Source of the DNA: Clostridia bacterium
GTDB lineage: Bacteria > Bacillota > Clostridia > UMGS1810
Assembly: GCA_045660605.1 (NCBI GenBank)
Contig: JAZREC010000007.1
Location: 1 to 26,834 of the forward strand
Reading direction: 5' to 3'
Length of the DNA stretch: 26,834 bases
The notes below the pieces were generated by a model. It searched no databases and was not told the origin of the DNA. It saw nothing but the letters and a program-made list of their open reading frames with translations. Of the stretch, positions 10,065 to 18,777 are shown in pieces. Positions within the stretch are counted from its first letter, which is position 1. Every line of letters begins with the position of its first letter. A program made the position numbers and the translations under genes.

Positions 10065-10604
10065 TCAAAAATTTGGTGGTGTAGACACCCAAAGCACCGT
10101 GGCAGTTGTCTTGCCGTTATTGACAATGTGATGTGCCTGATTGGTCTTGTAATAAAAGCTCTCATGCTTTTTGACACGGTATTTATCGCTTCCAAGGTGG
10201 AGTGTAATATTTCCCGACAGAACAAAGCCGAATTCCTCGCCCTCATGCGGGTCATCAAGATACGATGTACCCCCCGGATGAAGCGTAATTATGATAGGCT
10301 CCATTGTATGCTTCTGGGAATTTGGGACTATCCAGTTGACAATGCTTTTTTCTTCTTTGTTTTCCTTAATAAAAACATCTTCCTTGGTAAATACAACATT
10401 GTTGTCCTGAGCATCGTTAAAAAAGTCCTTGAGGTCTGTGCCGAGGCACTGCAAAAGGTCTGACAGGGTGGAGATAGACGGAGATGCAAGATCACGCTCA
10501 ATCTGTGATATAAATCCCTTTGACAGCTCGCAACGGTCTGCAAGCTCCTCTTGAGTAAGATTGTTTTTTATGCGGAGTCTCTTGAGTTTACTTCCGATTT
10601 CCAT
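10065..10604 (-). CDS. XRE-family HTH plus cupin transcriptional regulator (PuuR-like)
   Basis: IGSKLKRLR...LTQEELADRCELSKGFISQIERDLASPSISTL HTH and HEGEEFGFVLSG cupin; start taken as ATG 10604. Confidence 0.9.
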   Translation of the reverse strand: MEIGSKLKRLRIKNNLTQEELADRCELSKGFISQIERDLASPSISTLSDLLQCLGTDLKDFFNDAQDNNVVFTKEDVFIKENKEEKSIVNWIVPNSQKHTMEPIIITLHPGGTSYLDDPHEGEEFGFVLSGNITLHLGSDKYRVKKHESFYYKTNQAHHIVNNGKTTATVLWVSTPPNF

Positions 10605-10739
10605 GTGGGTCAAATATCCTTCCGTTATGTGACGGCAGGGTATTTGTCGCCTCCTTTCGCTTGGCTCCGATGCCAAAAAGTTTTGAATTTTCAAATAAAA
10701 AGTTTAGTATTTGTGTTAGTTTTTATTAGTAAGGCGAAA

Positions 10740-10756
10740 GTTTAGTTAAACTAAAC
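10740..10756. promoter_or_regulatory. Candidate operator palindrome downstream of the pot promoter
   Basis: Perfect GTTTAGTT-A-AACTAAAC; a related half-site AAAGTTTAGT lies near 10698-10708. Confidence 0.5.
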
Positions 10757-10773
10757 CCTCACACACAGAAACT

Positions 10774-10802
10774 ATTATAATATTATTTTATATCCATGTC
10801 AA
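10774..10802 (-). promoter_or_regulatory. Sigma-A promoter of the regulator-potABCD operon
   Basis: Minus strand consensus TTGACA (10802-10797), 17 nt, TATAAT (10779-10774). Confidence 0.85.
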
Positions 10803-10855
10803 TAGGCAAATAGAAAAAGAGTAGTTTTTTTGTAATTTTATGTTGAATATAAATA

Positions 10856-11382
10856 ATTTTGTAAAGGGTGAAATTCATGATGAGCTTCACCAGAGGATAT
10901 TCAATCGTTGCTAAGTGCGTATTTCAAGAACATCTGTCTAAAATCTGCACAAAAACGAAGCCGCGCTGACAAGCTCACTCAGAGCTTGGCAGCGCTAAAA
11001 TTACCGAAACCGCAGCGGGAATTGATTTTCGGCAATTTTGCTCCGTTTTTTGCTTGATTTCAGGCATATGTTTTGTCTTGAAATCCGCAAGACGCAACTT
11101 ATTGAATATCCTTACGATATGCGATATCCCGCATAACACGCCTTATGAATTTTGGGGCAAAACCTACGGCACAAATCAAAGTAAAAATTCCGTAAAATCG
11201 ATGGAAATCCATTACTGCTGCTGTCCGTCGATTTTAGCGATGCCTCGCTCTGAGTGAGCGTGTCATCGCGACGGGATTTTTACACAGATTTGGGTCGGAG
11301 GTTCCCAAAATTCATACTAAGTGTTTGGCGGGATATCGCATATCGTACGAAGCTATCGTATTGAATTCACCCTCTGCAAAAT
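10856..11382. repeat. ~527-bp non-coding doubly palindromic element (terminal stem plus two homologous Y-shaped arms)
   Basis: Terminal IR ATTTTGYARAGGGTGAA; arm 1 closed by AGGATATTCAAT/ATTGAATATCCT; arm 2 closed by a perfect 20-bp IR (11113-11132 / 11328-11347); arm 2 reverse complement aligns to arm 1. Confidence 0.85.
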
Positions 11383-11389
11383 CGCTCAT

Positions 11390-11442
11390 AAAACAAAGCA
11401 AGCCAAACCATAACAAAAGCTATGATTTGGCTCTTTTTGTTT
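11390..11442 (-). terminator. Intrinsic terminator after iorB
   Basis: AGCCAAACCATA...TATGATTTGGCT stem (11401-11432) flanked by A-rich and T-rich tracts. Confidence 0.8.
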
Positions 11443-11452
11443 AATAGTGCTA

Positions 11453-12019
11453 TTATATATTGTATCCAAGTTCAAATGCCTTTAAGTTTACATCAAGAAA
11501 CTTTGGCGGTACGGTAGTCTTAATGGTTTCCACCCAGCTTTCGTAAGGGATATCGGTATTTTTTGCCATAACACCGATAAGAACCACATTGACCGCTTTG
11601 ATGTTTCCTGCCTCCTTGGCAAGAGAAAGTGCATCTACTGTCTTGATATTTGCCTTTTCGCTTATCTTCTTTTCTATATCCTTTGGATATTCCTTTGCAC
11701 CGATAATTACGGGCATGGGGTCGATATTCTGATTATTTGCTATTATCTGTCCGCCCTTTTTGAGATAAGGAAGCGCTCTGTATGCTTCAAGCATTTCAAA
11801 GGCAAGTATAATATCTGCCTCGCCCTCATCTATTATCGGAGAGTAAACCCTGTCGCCGTACTTAACATAGGTAACAACACTTCCGCCTCGCTGGCTCATG
11901 CCGTGCACCTCGCACACCTTTACATCATAGCCCTGATTTATAACTGTATTTCCGAGTATTCTGCTTGCAAGAAGTGTGCCCTGACCGCCGACACCTACAA
12001 TCATTATATTCTTTGTCAT
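11453..12019 (-). CDS. iorB: Indolepyruvate:ferredoxin oxidoreductase beta subunit
   Basis: IVGVGGQGTLLAS, EVHGMSQRGGSV, AVNVVLIG, NLKAFELG. Confidence 0.93.
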   Translation of the reverse strand: MTKNIMIVGVGGQGTLLASRILGNTVINQGYDVKVCEVHGMSQRGGSVVTYVKYGDRVYSPIIDEGEADIILAFEMLEAYRALPYLKKGGQIIANNQNIDPMPVIIGAKEYPKDIEKKISEKANIKTVDALSLAKEAGNIKAVNVVLIGVMAKNTDIPYESWVETIKTTVPPKFLDVNLKAFELGYNI

Positions 12020-12027
12020 ATTGATAT

Positions 12028-13758
12028 CTACCTCTTTTCTATTGCGTTAAAGGGACATACATTGATACAAAGTCCGCATCCGTTGCACTGTGTCTGATCT
12101 ATGATAACCTTGCCGTCCTTTACTGTGATTGCGGGACAGCCAAGCTTCATGCACATTTTGCAGTTTTTGCACTTATCGGTAATTTCGCAGTGACCCACAT
12201 ACTTTACGCTCTTAAGGAGTGCGCAGGGTCTCTGGGCTATAATTACAGACGGCTCTTCTCTCTGTGTTTCTGTCTTTACTACCTCTTCAAACTTCTTAAT
12301 GTCAAAGGGGTCGCAAACCGTAACATGCTCTATTCCGAGAGCCTTGCAGAGTGAAACAAGATTAACCTGCTTGGTCTCTTCCTTGCGGATTGTGTAGCCT
12401 GTTGTCGGATTGTCCTGATGTCCTGTCATACCTGTTATGGAGTTATCAAGAATAATTACTGTGTTGTTGCCCTTGTTGTATACAATGTCTGCAAGACCTG
12501 TAATACGCGAATGCATAAAGGTGGAACCACCGATTACGGAAACCAGCTTTTTGTTGAATTCCTCTCCTCTTGCCTTTGCCATACCATGTGCCGCGCTTAC
12601 AGAAGCACCCATGCATATTGTAGTGTCAACAGACTGAAGAGGTGCAACTGCACCGAGTGTATAACAGCCGATATCTCCCGATACCACAAGTCCGAGCTTT
12701 TTGAGTACATAGAATGTTCCTCTGTGGGGACAGCCTGCACACATTACGGGCGGACGAACGGGGATTTCTTCCTCGGCACGCTGAGAAGGCTCGCACACCT
12801 CACCGAGTACTGCTTTCTTTATCATAGACGGTGTGTATTCGCCAAGAAGTGTAAAGCACTCCTTACCGCATACAGATGCGCCTATTGACTTGCAATGTTC
12901 TTCTATTACGGGGTCTAATTCCTCTATAACATATACCTTGTCATAGTTTTTGCAAAAATCAAGAATTTTCTTCTCGGGAAGCGGATAAACCATACCGAGC
13001 TTTAAGTAATCTGCATTTTCTCCGAGTGCTTCTTTAGCATACATATATGCAATACCTGCAGTTATTACACCGATTTTTGAGCCGTTTTCTTCTATTGTAT
13101 TAAGCTCTGAGGTTTCGGCAAATTCCTTTAATGCCTTTATTCTGTCTTCGACAACTACATGTCTCTTTACCGCATTTGCAGGCATCATTACAAACTTTGA
13201 TATATCCTTTTCATAAGGCTTAAGCTCTATATTTTCTCTCTCGCCAAGTTCCACAAGGCTCTGCGAGTGGGAAACTCTTGTTGACAAGCGTATAAAACAA
13301 GGTGTGTCAAACTTTTCCGAAAGCTCAAATGCAAGCTTTGTATAATCTCTGCATTCAAGCGAGTCGCCAGGCTCGAGCATCATAATTTTTGACGCCTTTG
13401 CGTAATGTCTGGAGTCCTGCTCATTCTGTGAAGAATGCATTCCGGGGTCGTCTGCCACGCAGAACACAAGTCCTCCGTTTACTCCTGTGTAGCTTACTGT
13501 AAATACGGGGTCAGCCATAACATTAAGTCCCACATGCTTCATACAGCTCATGGCTCTTGCACCGCCTATTGATGCACCTATTGCAACCTCTGCGGCTACC
13601 TTTTCGTTAGGGGACCATTCTGCATATATTTCGGGGAATTTAACAATTTCCTCTGTGATTTCTGTACTGGGTGTGCCGGGGTATGAAGCAACCACATTTA
13701 CGCCTGCCTCGTATGCACCCTGAGCAACTGCAGCATTGCCAAGCAATAACTTTTTCAT
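12028..13758 (-). CDS. iorA: Indolepyruvate:ferredoxin oxidoreductase alpha subunit
   Basis: YPGTPSTEI, EWSPNEKVA, MKHVGLNV, DDPGMHSSQNEQD, PPVMCAGCPHR, GDIGCYTLG, C-terminal 2x[4Fe-4S] ferredoxin motifs; the TPP motif is altered (see findings). Confidence 0.93.
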   Translation of the reverse strand: MKKLLLGNAAVAQGAYEAGVNVVASYPGTPSTEITEEIVKFPEIYAEWSPNEKVAAEVAIGASIGGARAMSCMKHVGLNVMADPVFTVSYTGVNGGLVFCVADDPGMHSSQNEQDSRHYAKASKIMMLEPGDSLECRDYTKLAFELSEKFDTPCFIRLSTRVSHSQSLVELGERENIELKPYEKDISKFVMMPANAVKRHVVVEDRIKALKEFAETSELNTIEENGSKIGVITAGIAYMYAKEALGENADYLKLGMVYPLPEKKILDFCKNYDKVYVIEELDPVIEEHCKSIGASVCGKECFTLLGEYTPSMIKKAVLGEVCEPSQRAEEEIPVRPPVMCAGCPHRGTFYVLKKLGLVVSGDIGCYTLGAVAPLQSVDTTICMGASVSAAHGMAKARGEEFNKKLVSVIGGSTFMHSRITGLADIVYNKGNNTVIILDNSITGMTGHQDNPTTGYTIRKEETKQVNLVSLCKALGIEHVTVCDPFDIKKFEEVVKTETQREEPSVIIAQRPCALLKSVKYVGHCEITDKCKNCKMCMKLGCPAITVKDGKVIIDQTQCNGCGLCINVCPFNAIEKR

Positions 13759-13779
13759 ATCAATTTCCTTTCCTGTATA

Positions 13780-15417
13780 TTATTTTATTTCGTTCTGCTG
13801 TGCTACTACGCTGTCTCCGCAATAAATTTTTCTAAGCTTTGGTTTTTCTATCTTTCCTGTGGGGTTTCTCGGAACATCTGCAAATATAATCTTATGCGGT
13901 CTCTTATATCTCGGAAGCTCCAGACAGAAATCCGTCACATCATCTTCTGTGAGCTGTGTCCCCTCTTTTACCTGAATTATAGCCGCCGCTATCTCTCCAA
14001 GTCTTGCATCGGGAAGCCCTATTACTGCAACATCGCTTATAGCATCATGCTTTCTTAAAAAGTCCTCAATCTGTACGGGATAAAGGTTCTCACCGCCTGA
14101 TATTATGACATCCTTCTTTCTGTCAACAAGGTATATAAAGCCGTCGCTGTCCTCAGATGCCATATCGCCCGTATAGAGCCAGCCGTCCGCAAGAACCTCG
14201 TTTGTTGCCTTTTCGTCCTTATAATATGCTGTCATTACACCGGGACCCTTTACCGCAAGCTCACCGACTTCGCCTCTTGCGACTTCGTTTCTGTTTTCGT
14301 CTACAATCTTTGTTTCCCAGCCAAAGCCTGCTTTGCCTATTGCACCGACCTTATGCTCATTCTCAACGCCAAGATGCACGCATCCGGGTCCGATGGACTC
14401 GGAAAGACCGTAGTTTGTGTCATAAGCGTGATTTGGGAATTTACCTTTCCATCTTCTTATAAGGCTTGGCGGTACAGGCTGTGCACCTATGTGCATAAGT
14501 CTCCATCTGTCAATATCATAATCCGAAAGCTCTATTTCGCCTCTGTCTATGGAATCTAATATATCCTGCGCCCACGGAACAAGAAGCCATACGATTGTAC
14601 ACTTCTCCTCGGATACTGTCTTTAGTATCCATTCGGGCTTGATTCCCTTGAGAAGAACCGCCTTTCCTCCGACAAGGAATGAACCGAACCAGTGCATCTT
14701 TGCACCCGTATGATAGAGGGGCGGTATGCAAAGGAATACATCGTCCTTTGACTGCGAGTGGTGGTTCTGTTCTACCATAGCGGCATGTACAAGACTTCTG
14801 TGTTTATGGATTATAGCCTTTGGAAAGCCTGTTGTACCCGACGAGAAGTATATTGCAGCATCATCATCGTCTGTAAGCTTAATAGACGGGCTTTTTGACG
14901 AGCAGTACGATACAAGCTCATCATAGCTCTCTGCAAATGTCGGACAGTCCTCTCCGAGATAGAACCAAAGCTTAACCCTCTTTACCCGAGAGCAAATCTG
15001 CTCAATTCTTCCTGTAAATTCGGGTCCGAATATTATCGCATCTGCATCGGCAAGCTCGAGACAGTATTTTATTTCGTCTGCGGCATATCTGTAATTGAGC
15101 GGTACTGCCATGGCACCGGCTTTAAGTATACCGAAGTATATGGGGAGCCACTCTATGCAGTTCATAAGAAGAATTGCAACCTTATCTCCTTTTTTTATTC
15201 CTCTCGAAAGAAGAAGATTTGCAAATCTGTTTGCCTGTTTATTGAAGTCGCTCCAGGTTATTTCCTTGCGGTATGCTTCTCTGGGGTTTGCCTCGATAAG
15301 AGAATACTCTCTCCATGTCATACGGCTTTGATTTTCGTTCTTGGGATTTATCTCAACAAGACTTATGTCTGTTGGATAAAAATCTGCATTTTTCTGTAAT
15401 ATCTCTGTTATAGGCAT
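13780..15417 (-). CDS. Class I adenylate-forming acyl/aryl-CoA ligase
   Basis: YFSSGTTGFPK, YGLSES, LYTGD, DRKKDVIISGGEN, PRNPTGKI; substrate cannot be determined from sequence. Confidence 0.9.
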   Translation of the reverse strand: MPITEILQKNADFYPTDISLVEINPKNENQSRMTWREYSLIEANPREAYRKEITWSDFNKQANRFANLLLSRGIKKGDKVAILLMNCIEWLPIYFGILKAGAMAVPLNYRYAADEIKYCLELADADAIIFGPEFTGRIEQICSRVKRVKLWFYLGEDCPTFAESYDELVSYCSSKSPSIKLTDDDDAAIYFSSGTTGFPKAIIHKHRSLVHAAMVEQNHHSQSKDDVFLCIPPLYHTGAKMHWFGSFLVGGKAVLLKGIKPEWILKTVSEEKCTIVWLLVPWAQDILDSIDRGEIELSDYDIDRWRLMHIGAQPVPPSLIRRWKGKFPNHAYDTNYGLSESIGPGCVHLGVENEHKVGAIGKAGFGWETKIVDENRNEVARGEVGELAVKGPGVMTAYYKDEKATNEVLADGWLYTGDMASEDSDGFIYLVDRKKDVIISGGENLYPVQIEDFLRKHDAISDVAVIGLPDARLGEIAAAIIQVKEGTQLTEDDVTDFCLELPRYKRPHKIIFADVPRNPTGKIEKPKLRKIYCGDSVVAQQNEIK

Positions 15418-15433
15418 TATTAAAATTCCTTTC

Positions 15434-16987
15434 TTATTTACCTAGGGATTCTTTCATTGGTACTGTTACCTCTACATCATAGCAAGAGAACATCTGCTCT
15501 GTCTCTTTTGCATCGGGTTTTGGTGTAACAAAGCTTACAATCGGAAGAATAACAAGTCCTCCGAGCATTGCGATAACACCGCAGTTAATGGGCGACTGCA
15601 AAATTACAGGGAACATAGGTCTTGCGAGCATATTCGCAACCATTATAACCGAACCGAAAAGAAGACTTACCCAAACTGCTGTTCTGGTAGCTTTTTTCCA
15701 GTAGAGGCCGTAGAGGAACGGTGCAAGGAACGAGCCTGCAAGAGCACCCCACGAAATTCCCATCATGTCGGCAATCGCGCTGAGCTTATCCTTGTTAAGT
15801 GCTATAAATGCCGAAACGGCAATAAATACAACTATCAGAATTCGTAATATAAGTATCTGTTTTTTCTCGGTCATGTCCTTTATGACATGGTCTTTAATAA
15901 GGTCCAGAGCAAGAGTTGAGCTTGATGCGAGCACAAGCGACGAAAGCGTTGACATAGATGCAGAAAGCACAAGTATGATTACTACTGCTATAAGTATATC
16001 GGGAAGTGTTTCCAGCATAGTCGGAATAATTGCATCAAATCCGCCCTCAATTGAACCGTCGGGGAGGAATGTAAGTCTGTCTGTAAAGAGTCTGCCAAAG
16101 CCTCCGAGGAAGTAGCATCCGCCTGCAACAACAAGGGCAAATACAGTAGAAATTACAGTTCCTTTATTTATATCCTTCTCGCTCTTTATTGCATAGAACT
16201 TCTGCACCATCTGCGGAAGTCCCCATGTACCGAGCGATGTAAGTATTACAACAAACATAAGTCCGAGAGGGTCGGGACCGAAGAAGGAATTGAATACTCC
16301 TGGTGACATTCCCTCAGCTTCAATCTCAGCAAGCCCCTTAAGCGACTCTGTAAATCCGCCGTTTTGGGTAAGCACTGCACCTATAACCGCAACAATACCC
16401 ACAAGCATGATTACTCCCTGTATGAAGTCATTGACAGCAGTTGCCATGTAGCCTCCTGCTATAACATATATACCTGTAAGGATTGCCATTATAATAACAC
16501 AGGCTGAGTAATCAATGCCCGGAAACGCCATGGAAAACAGTCTGGAAAGACCGTTGTAAAGCGATGCGGTATACGGAATAAGAAACACAAATACAATGAG
16601 CGATGCCGCTATCTTAAGACCTGTGCTATTGTATCTTTTGCCAAAGAACTCGGGCATTGTTGAGCTTGAAAGGTGCTGAGACATAAGTCTTGTTCTTCTG
16701 CCCAGTACAATCCACGCAAGAAGAGAACCGAGTACGGCATTTCCTATACCAATCCATGTGGAAGCTATACCGAACTTCCAGCCGAACTGACCTGCATAGC
16801 CGACAAAGATTACAGCCGAAAAATAGGATGTTCCGTATGCAAACGCGGTAAGCCACGGACCCACAGAGCGTCCGCCCAGTACAAAACCGTTGACATCGGT
16901 GGAATGTTTTCTGCAATACAGTCCCACACCTATCATAACACCGAAGAAAATAACCAGCAAACTAACCTTGATAAACACAAAAACCAT
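15434..16987 (-). CDS. Sodium:solute symporter (SSS family)
   Basis: GGRSVGPWLTAFAYGTSYFSAV, MPEFFGKRY, GLPQMVQKFY, SASMSTLSS; about 13 hydrophobic segments. The true start may be GTG at 16978 because the AAAGG RBS directly abuts ATG 16987. Confidence 0.9.
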   Translation of the reverse strand: MVFVFIKVSLLVIFFGVMIGVGLYCRKHSTDVNGFVLGGRSVGPWLTAFAYGTSYFSAVIFVGYAGQFGWKFGIASTWIGIGNAVLGSLLAWIVLGRRTRLMSQHLSSSTMPEFFGKRYNSTGLKIAASLIVFVFLIPYTASLYNGLSRLFSMAFPGIDYSACVIIMAILTGIYVIAGGYMATAVNDFIQGVIMLVGIVAVIGAVLTQNGGFTESLKGLAEIEAEGMSPGVFNSFFGPDPLGLMFVVILTSLGTWGLPQMVQKFYAIKSEKDINKGTVISTVFALVVAGGCYFLGGFGRLFTDRLTFLPDGSIEGGFDAIIPTMLETLPDILIAVVIILVLSASMSTLSSLVLASSSTLALDLIKDHVIKDMTEKKQILILRILIVVFIAVSAFIALNKDKLSAIADMMGISWGALAGSFLAPFLYGLYWKKATRTAVWVSLLFGSVIMVANMLARPMFPVILQSPINCGVIAMLGGLVILPIVSFVTPKPDAKETEQMFSCYDVEVTVPMKESLGK

Positions 16988-17000
16988 CCTTTCCGGACGA

Positions 17001-17280
17001 AAAAAATCCCGTCCTCATGAAATAATCCAGAGGACGAGATATATAAACTCGTGGTACCACCTCAGTTCGCTGCAGCCTCGCGATTGCAGCCTTATCAGGT
17101 ACAAATAATACCTTAGTTCTGTGACGGGAACTCCCGTTGCAGCCTACGCAAAGCCTAAAAGCTCCTTCGGTGCACAGCTAGCGGAATGTATTCGTATATG
17201 CCGTCGTCATTGCCTCGCAGCAACCGGCAACTCTCTCGAGACTAAGAACATAACTACTTGTTTCCGTTCAACGCCTTTGG
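17001..17280 (-). ncRNA. T-box riboswitch, predicted specifier UAC (Tyr)
   Basis: Stem I with AGAGA bulge and GCUG loop; GAA-UAC-A specifier (17190-17188); AGUUCCCGUCACAGAAC stem IIA/B-like; antiterminator GAGG-UGGUACC-ACGAG/CUCGU-CCUC; competing terminator CUCGUCCUC/GAGGACGGG plus U tract. Confidence 0.95.
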
Positions 17281-17296
17281 CTATTAAATTATATCT

Positions 17297-17325
17297 ATTC
17301 TAGCACAAGACTTAACCAAAGTCAA
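17297..17325 (-). promoter_or_regulatory. Sigma-A promoter of the T-box leader
   Basis: TTGACT, 17 nt, TGn-TAGAAT on the minus strand. Confidence 0.75.
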
Positions 17326-17351
17326 TAGCGATTTAAGAATTTTTTTACAAT

Positions 17352-18251
17352 TTATCCTGCTATATCAAAGGTTTCGTCAATATCTGACACATACACATCG
17401 TACACCTCGCTGTACTCAAGCGGATATACAAGCTCATAATAAACTATATTATCTCCCGAAAGAATACACTTGTGGTGGTAGATTATGCCGTCTCTTTCTA
17501 TTGTAACAGAGTATCTGTTATCTCCTGTTTCTGAGGAAATCTGCCTGCCCCCTATATCCTCCAGCGCCTTATCCTTAATCTGAGCTATCGTGAGAGAGGA
17601 TTTGTTTTCAAAAGAGGCTATATCCATATATGCTGCTCCGTCGTTTGAAGCATAGCGGATTTCGCCGTCATTTTCGTATACAAATTCAAATCCTGCGGGA
17701 ACATCGCATTGGTAATCGGAGCCTTTGAGCGTTTTGTACGAAAGCTCTCCGCCCTTTAGCGAAACACCTTTCTTAAACGGATACTCTCTGTCTATGCGCA
17801 CACCATAAACCTCGTCATCAACGCCCACGCTTTCGCCTTCCTTAAGCTCCTCATCTTTTTCTTCCTTTATTTTATCATCATTTGGCTTGGTATCTGTAAT
17901 ATTACTCTCTGTATCCACAGCTTTTGAAAGTGTCTCTCTCGTAAGAAGCACATATACCAATGCCAACGACATACAAACCAACGCAGTAATTAAAAAGGCT
18001 ATAACAAAGCTCTGCCATCTGCCCGTACTGCGCTTTGGCTTGGCTTCAGCTTGCTCCGTCTTTGGCTTGGACGGCGGGGTCTGTCTTACATTATTTACAG
18101 TCTCAGCCTTTCCTGTAGTTCTTACAACGGGGATTGCCATTGTTTTTTCAAGCTCTTCCGTATTGCATGCCTCATCACATACAGTTGCTCCGCACTTTGG
18201 GCAACGGAGTGTGCCTTCCTCAACAAAGAAGTTGCATTTGGGACAATTCAT
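17352..18251 (-). CDS. Zinc-ribbon single-pass membrane protein
   Basis: N-terminal CPKC...CPKC, one hydrophobic helix (FVIAFLITALVCMSLALVYVLL), acidic C-terminal domain. Confidence 0.75.
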   Translation of the reverse strand: MNCPKCNFFVEEGTLRCPKCGATVCDEACNTEELEKTMAIPVVRTTGKAETVNNVRQTPPSKPKTEQAEAKPKRSTGRWQSFVIAFLITALVCMSLALVYVLLTRETLSKAVDTESNITDTKPNDDKIKEEKDEELKEGESVGVDDEVYGVRIDREYPFKKGVSLKGGELSYKTLKGSDYQCDVPAGFEFVYENDGEIRYASNDGAAYMDIASFENKSSLTIAQIKDKALEDIGGRQISSETGDNRYSVTIERDGIIYHHKCILSGDNIVYYELVYPLEYSEVYDVYVSDIDETFDIAG

Positions 18252-18264
18252 TACCTCACCTCCG

Positions 18265-18663
18265 TTAGTTCAGAGGCTTACCGCATCCCTGACAGAATGA
18301 GGCACCTATAGTATTACTCTGTCCGCAACTGCACGAAAAGGTCATGTCCTTTGCCTTGTTCATACCTGCATCGAGCTCTTCAATTGCAAGATTATTCTCT
18401 TTGATTTGTTCATTTCTAACGGCGATTTCTTCTACAAAAGGCATAAATTCATCTCTTGGGATATCTCCCTCGCCGTTTAATGCACACCAATTGTATAGCT
18501 TTGTTCCTATGTTTACGGAAATATCTTTTATCTCTTTTTCGAGTTTTTTGTTATTTGTGATAAGTGCTGACTTTTTGATAACTGTTTTTGAACCTACGCT
18601 TACAGCCTGAGCACCTTTTTCTAATCCGAGTTTTAATTTGCCAAAAATTTCTGCCATTGACAT
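18265..18663 (-). CDS. Coiled-coil protein with C-terminal zinc ribbon
   Basis: CSCG...FCQGCG at the C terminus; AAGGAGG RBS. Confidence 0.75.
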   Translation of the reverse strand: MSMAEIFGKLKLGLEKGAQAVSVGSKTVIKKSALITNNKKLEKEIKDISVNIGTKLYNWCALNGEGDIPRDEFMPFVEEIAVRNEQIKENNLAIEELDAGMNKAKDMTFSCSCGQSNTIGASFCQGCGKPLN

Positions 18664-18679
18664 TACCTCCTTTATTCAT

Positions 18680-18747
18680 ATAGTAATATAAATATTGTTT
18701 TTTGTCAATTTATTTGTGTTGAATTTTAACCGTGTTTGTGATAGAAT
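18680..18747. promoter_or_regulatory. Divergent sigma-A promoters
   Basis: Minus: TTGACA(18708-18703)-17-TACTAT. Plus: TTGAAT(18719-18724)-17-TGnTAGAAT(18742-18747). Confidence 0.6.
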
Positions 18748-18777
18748 AAATTAAATTACTAAACAGAAGGTGAAGCT

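Noticed and set aside
11054-11257. 67-aa ORF inside the 527-bp element
   Set aside because: No RBS, no motif, and it crosses the palindromic arms; likely incidental.
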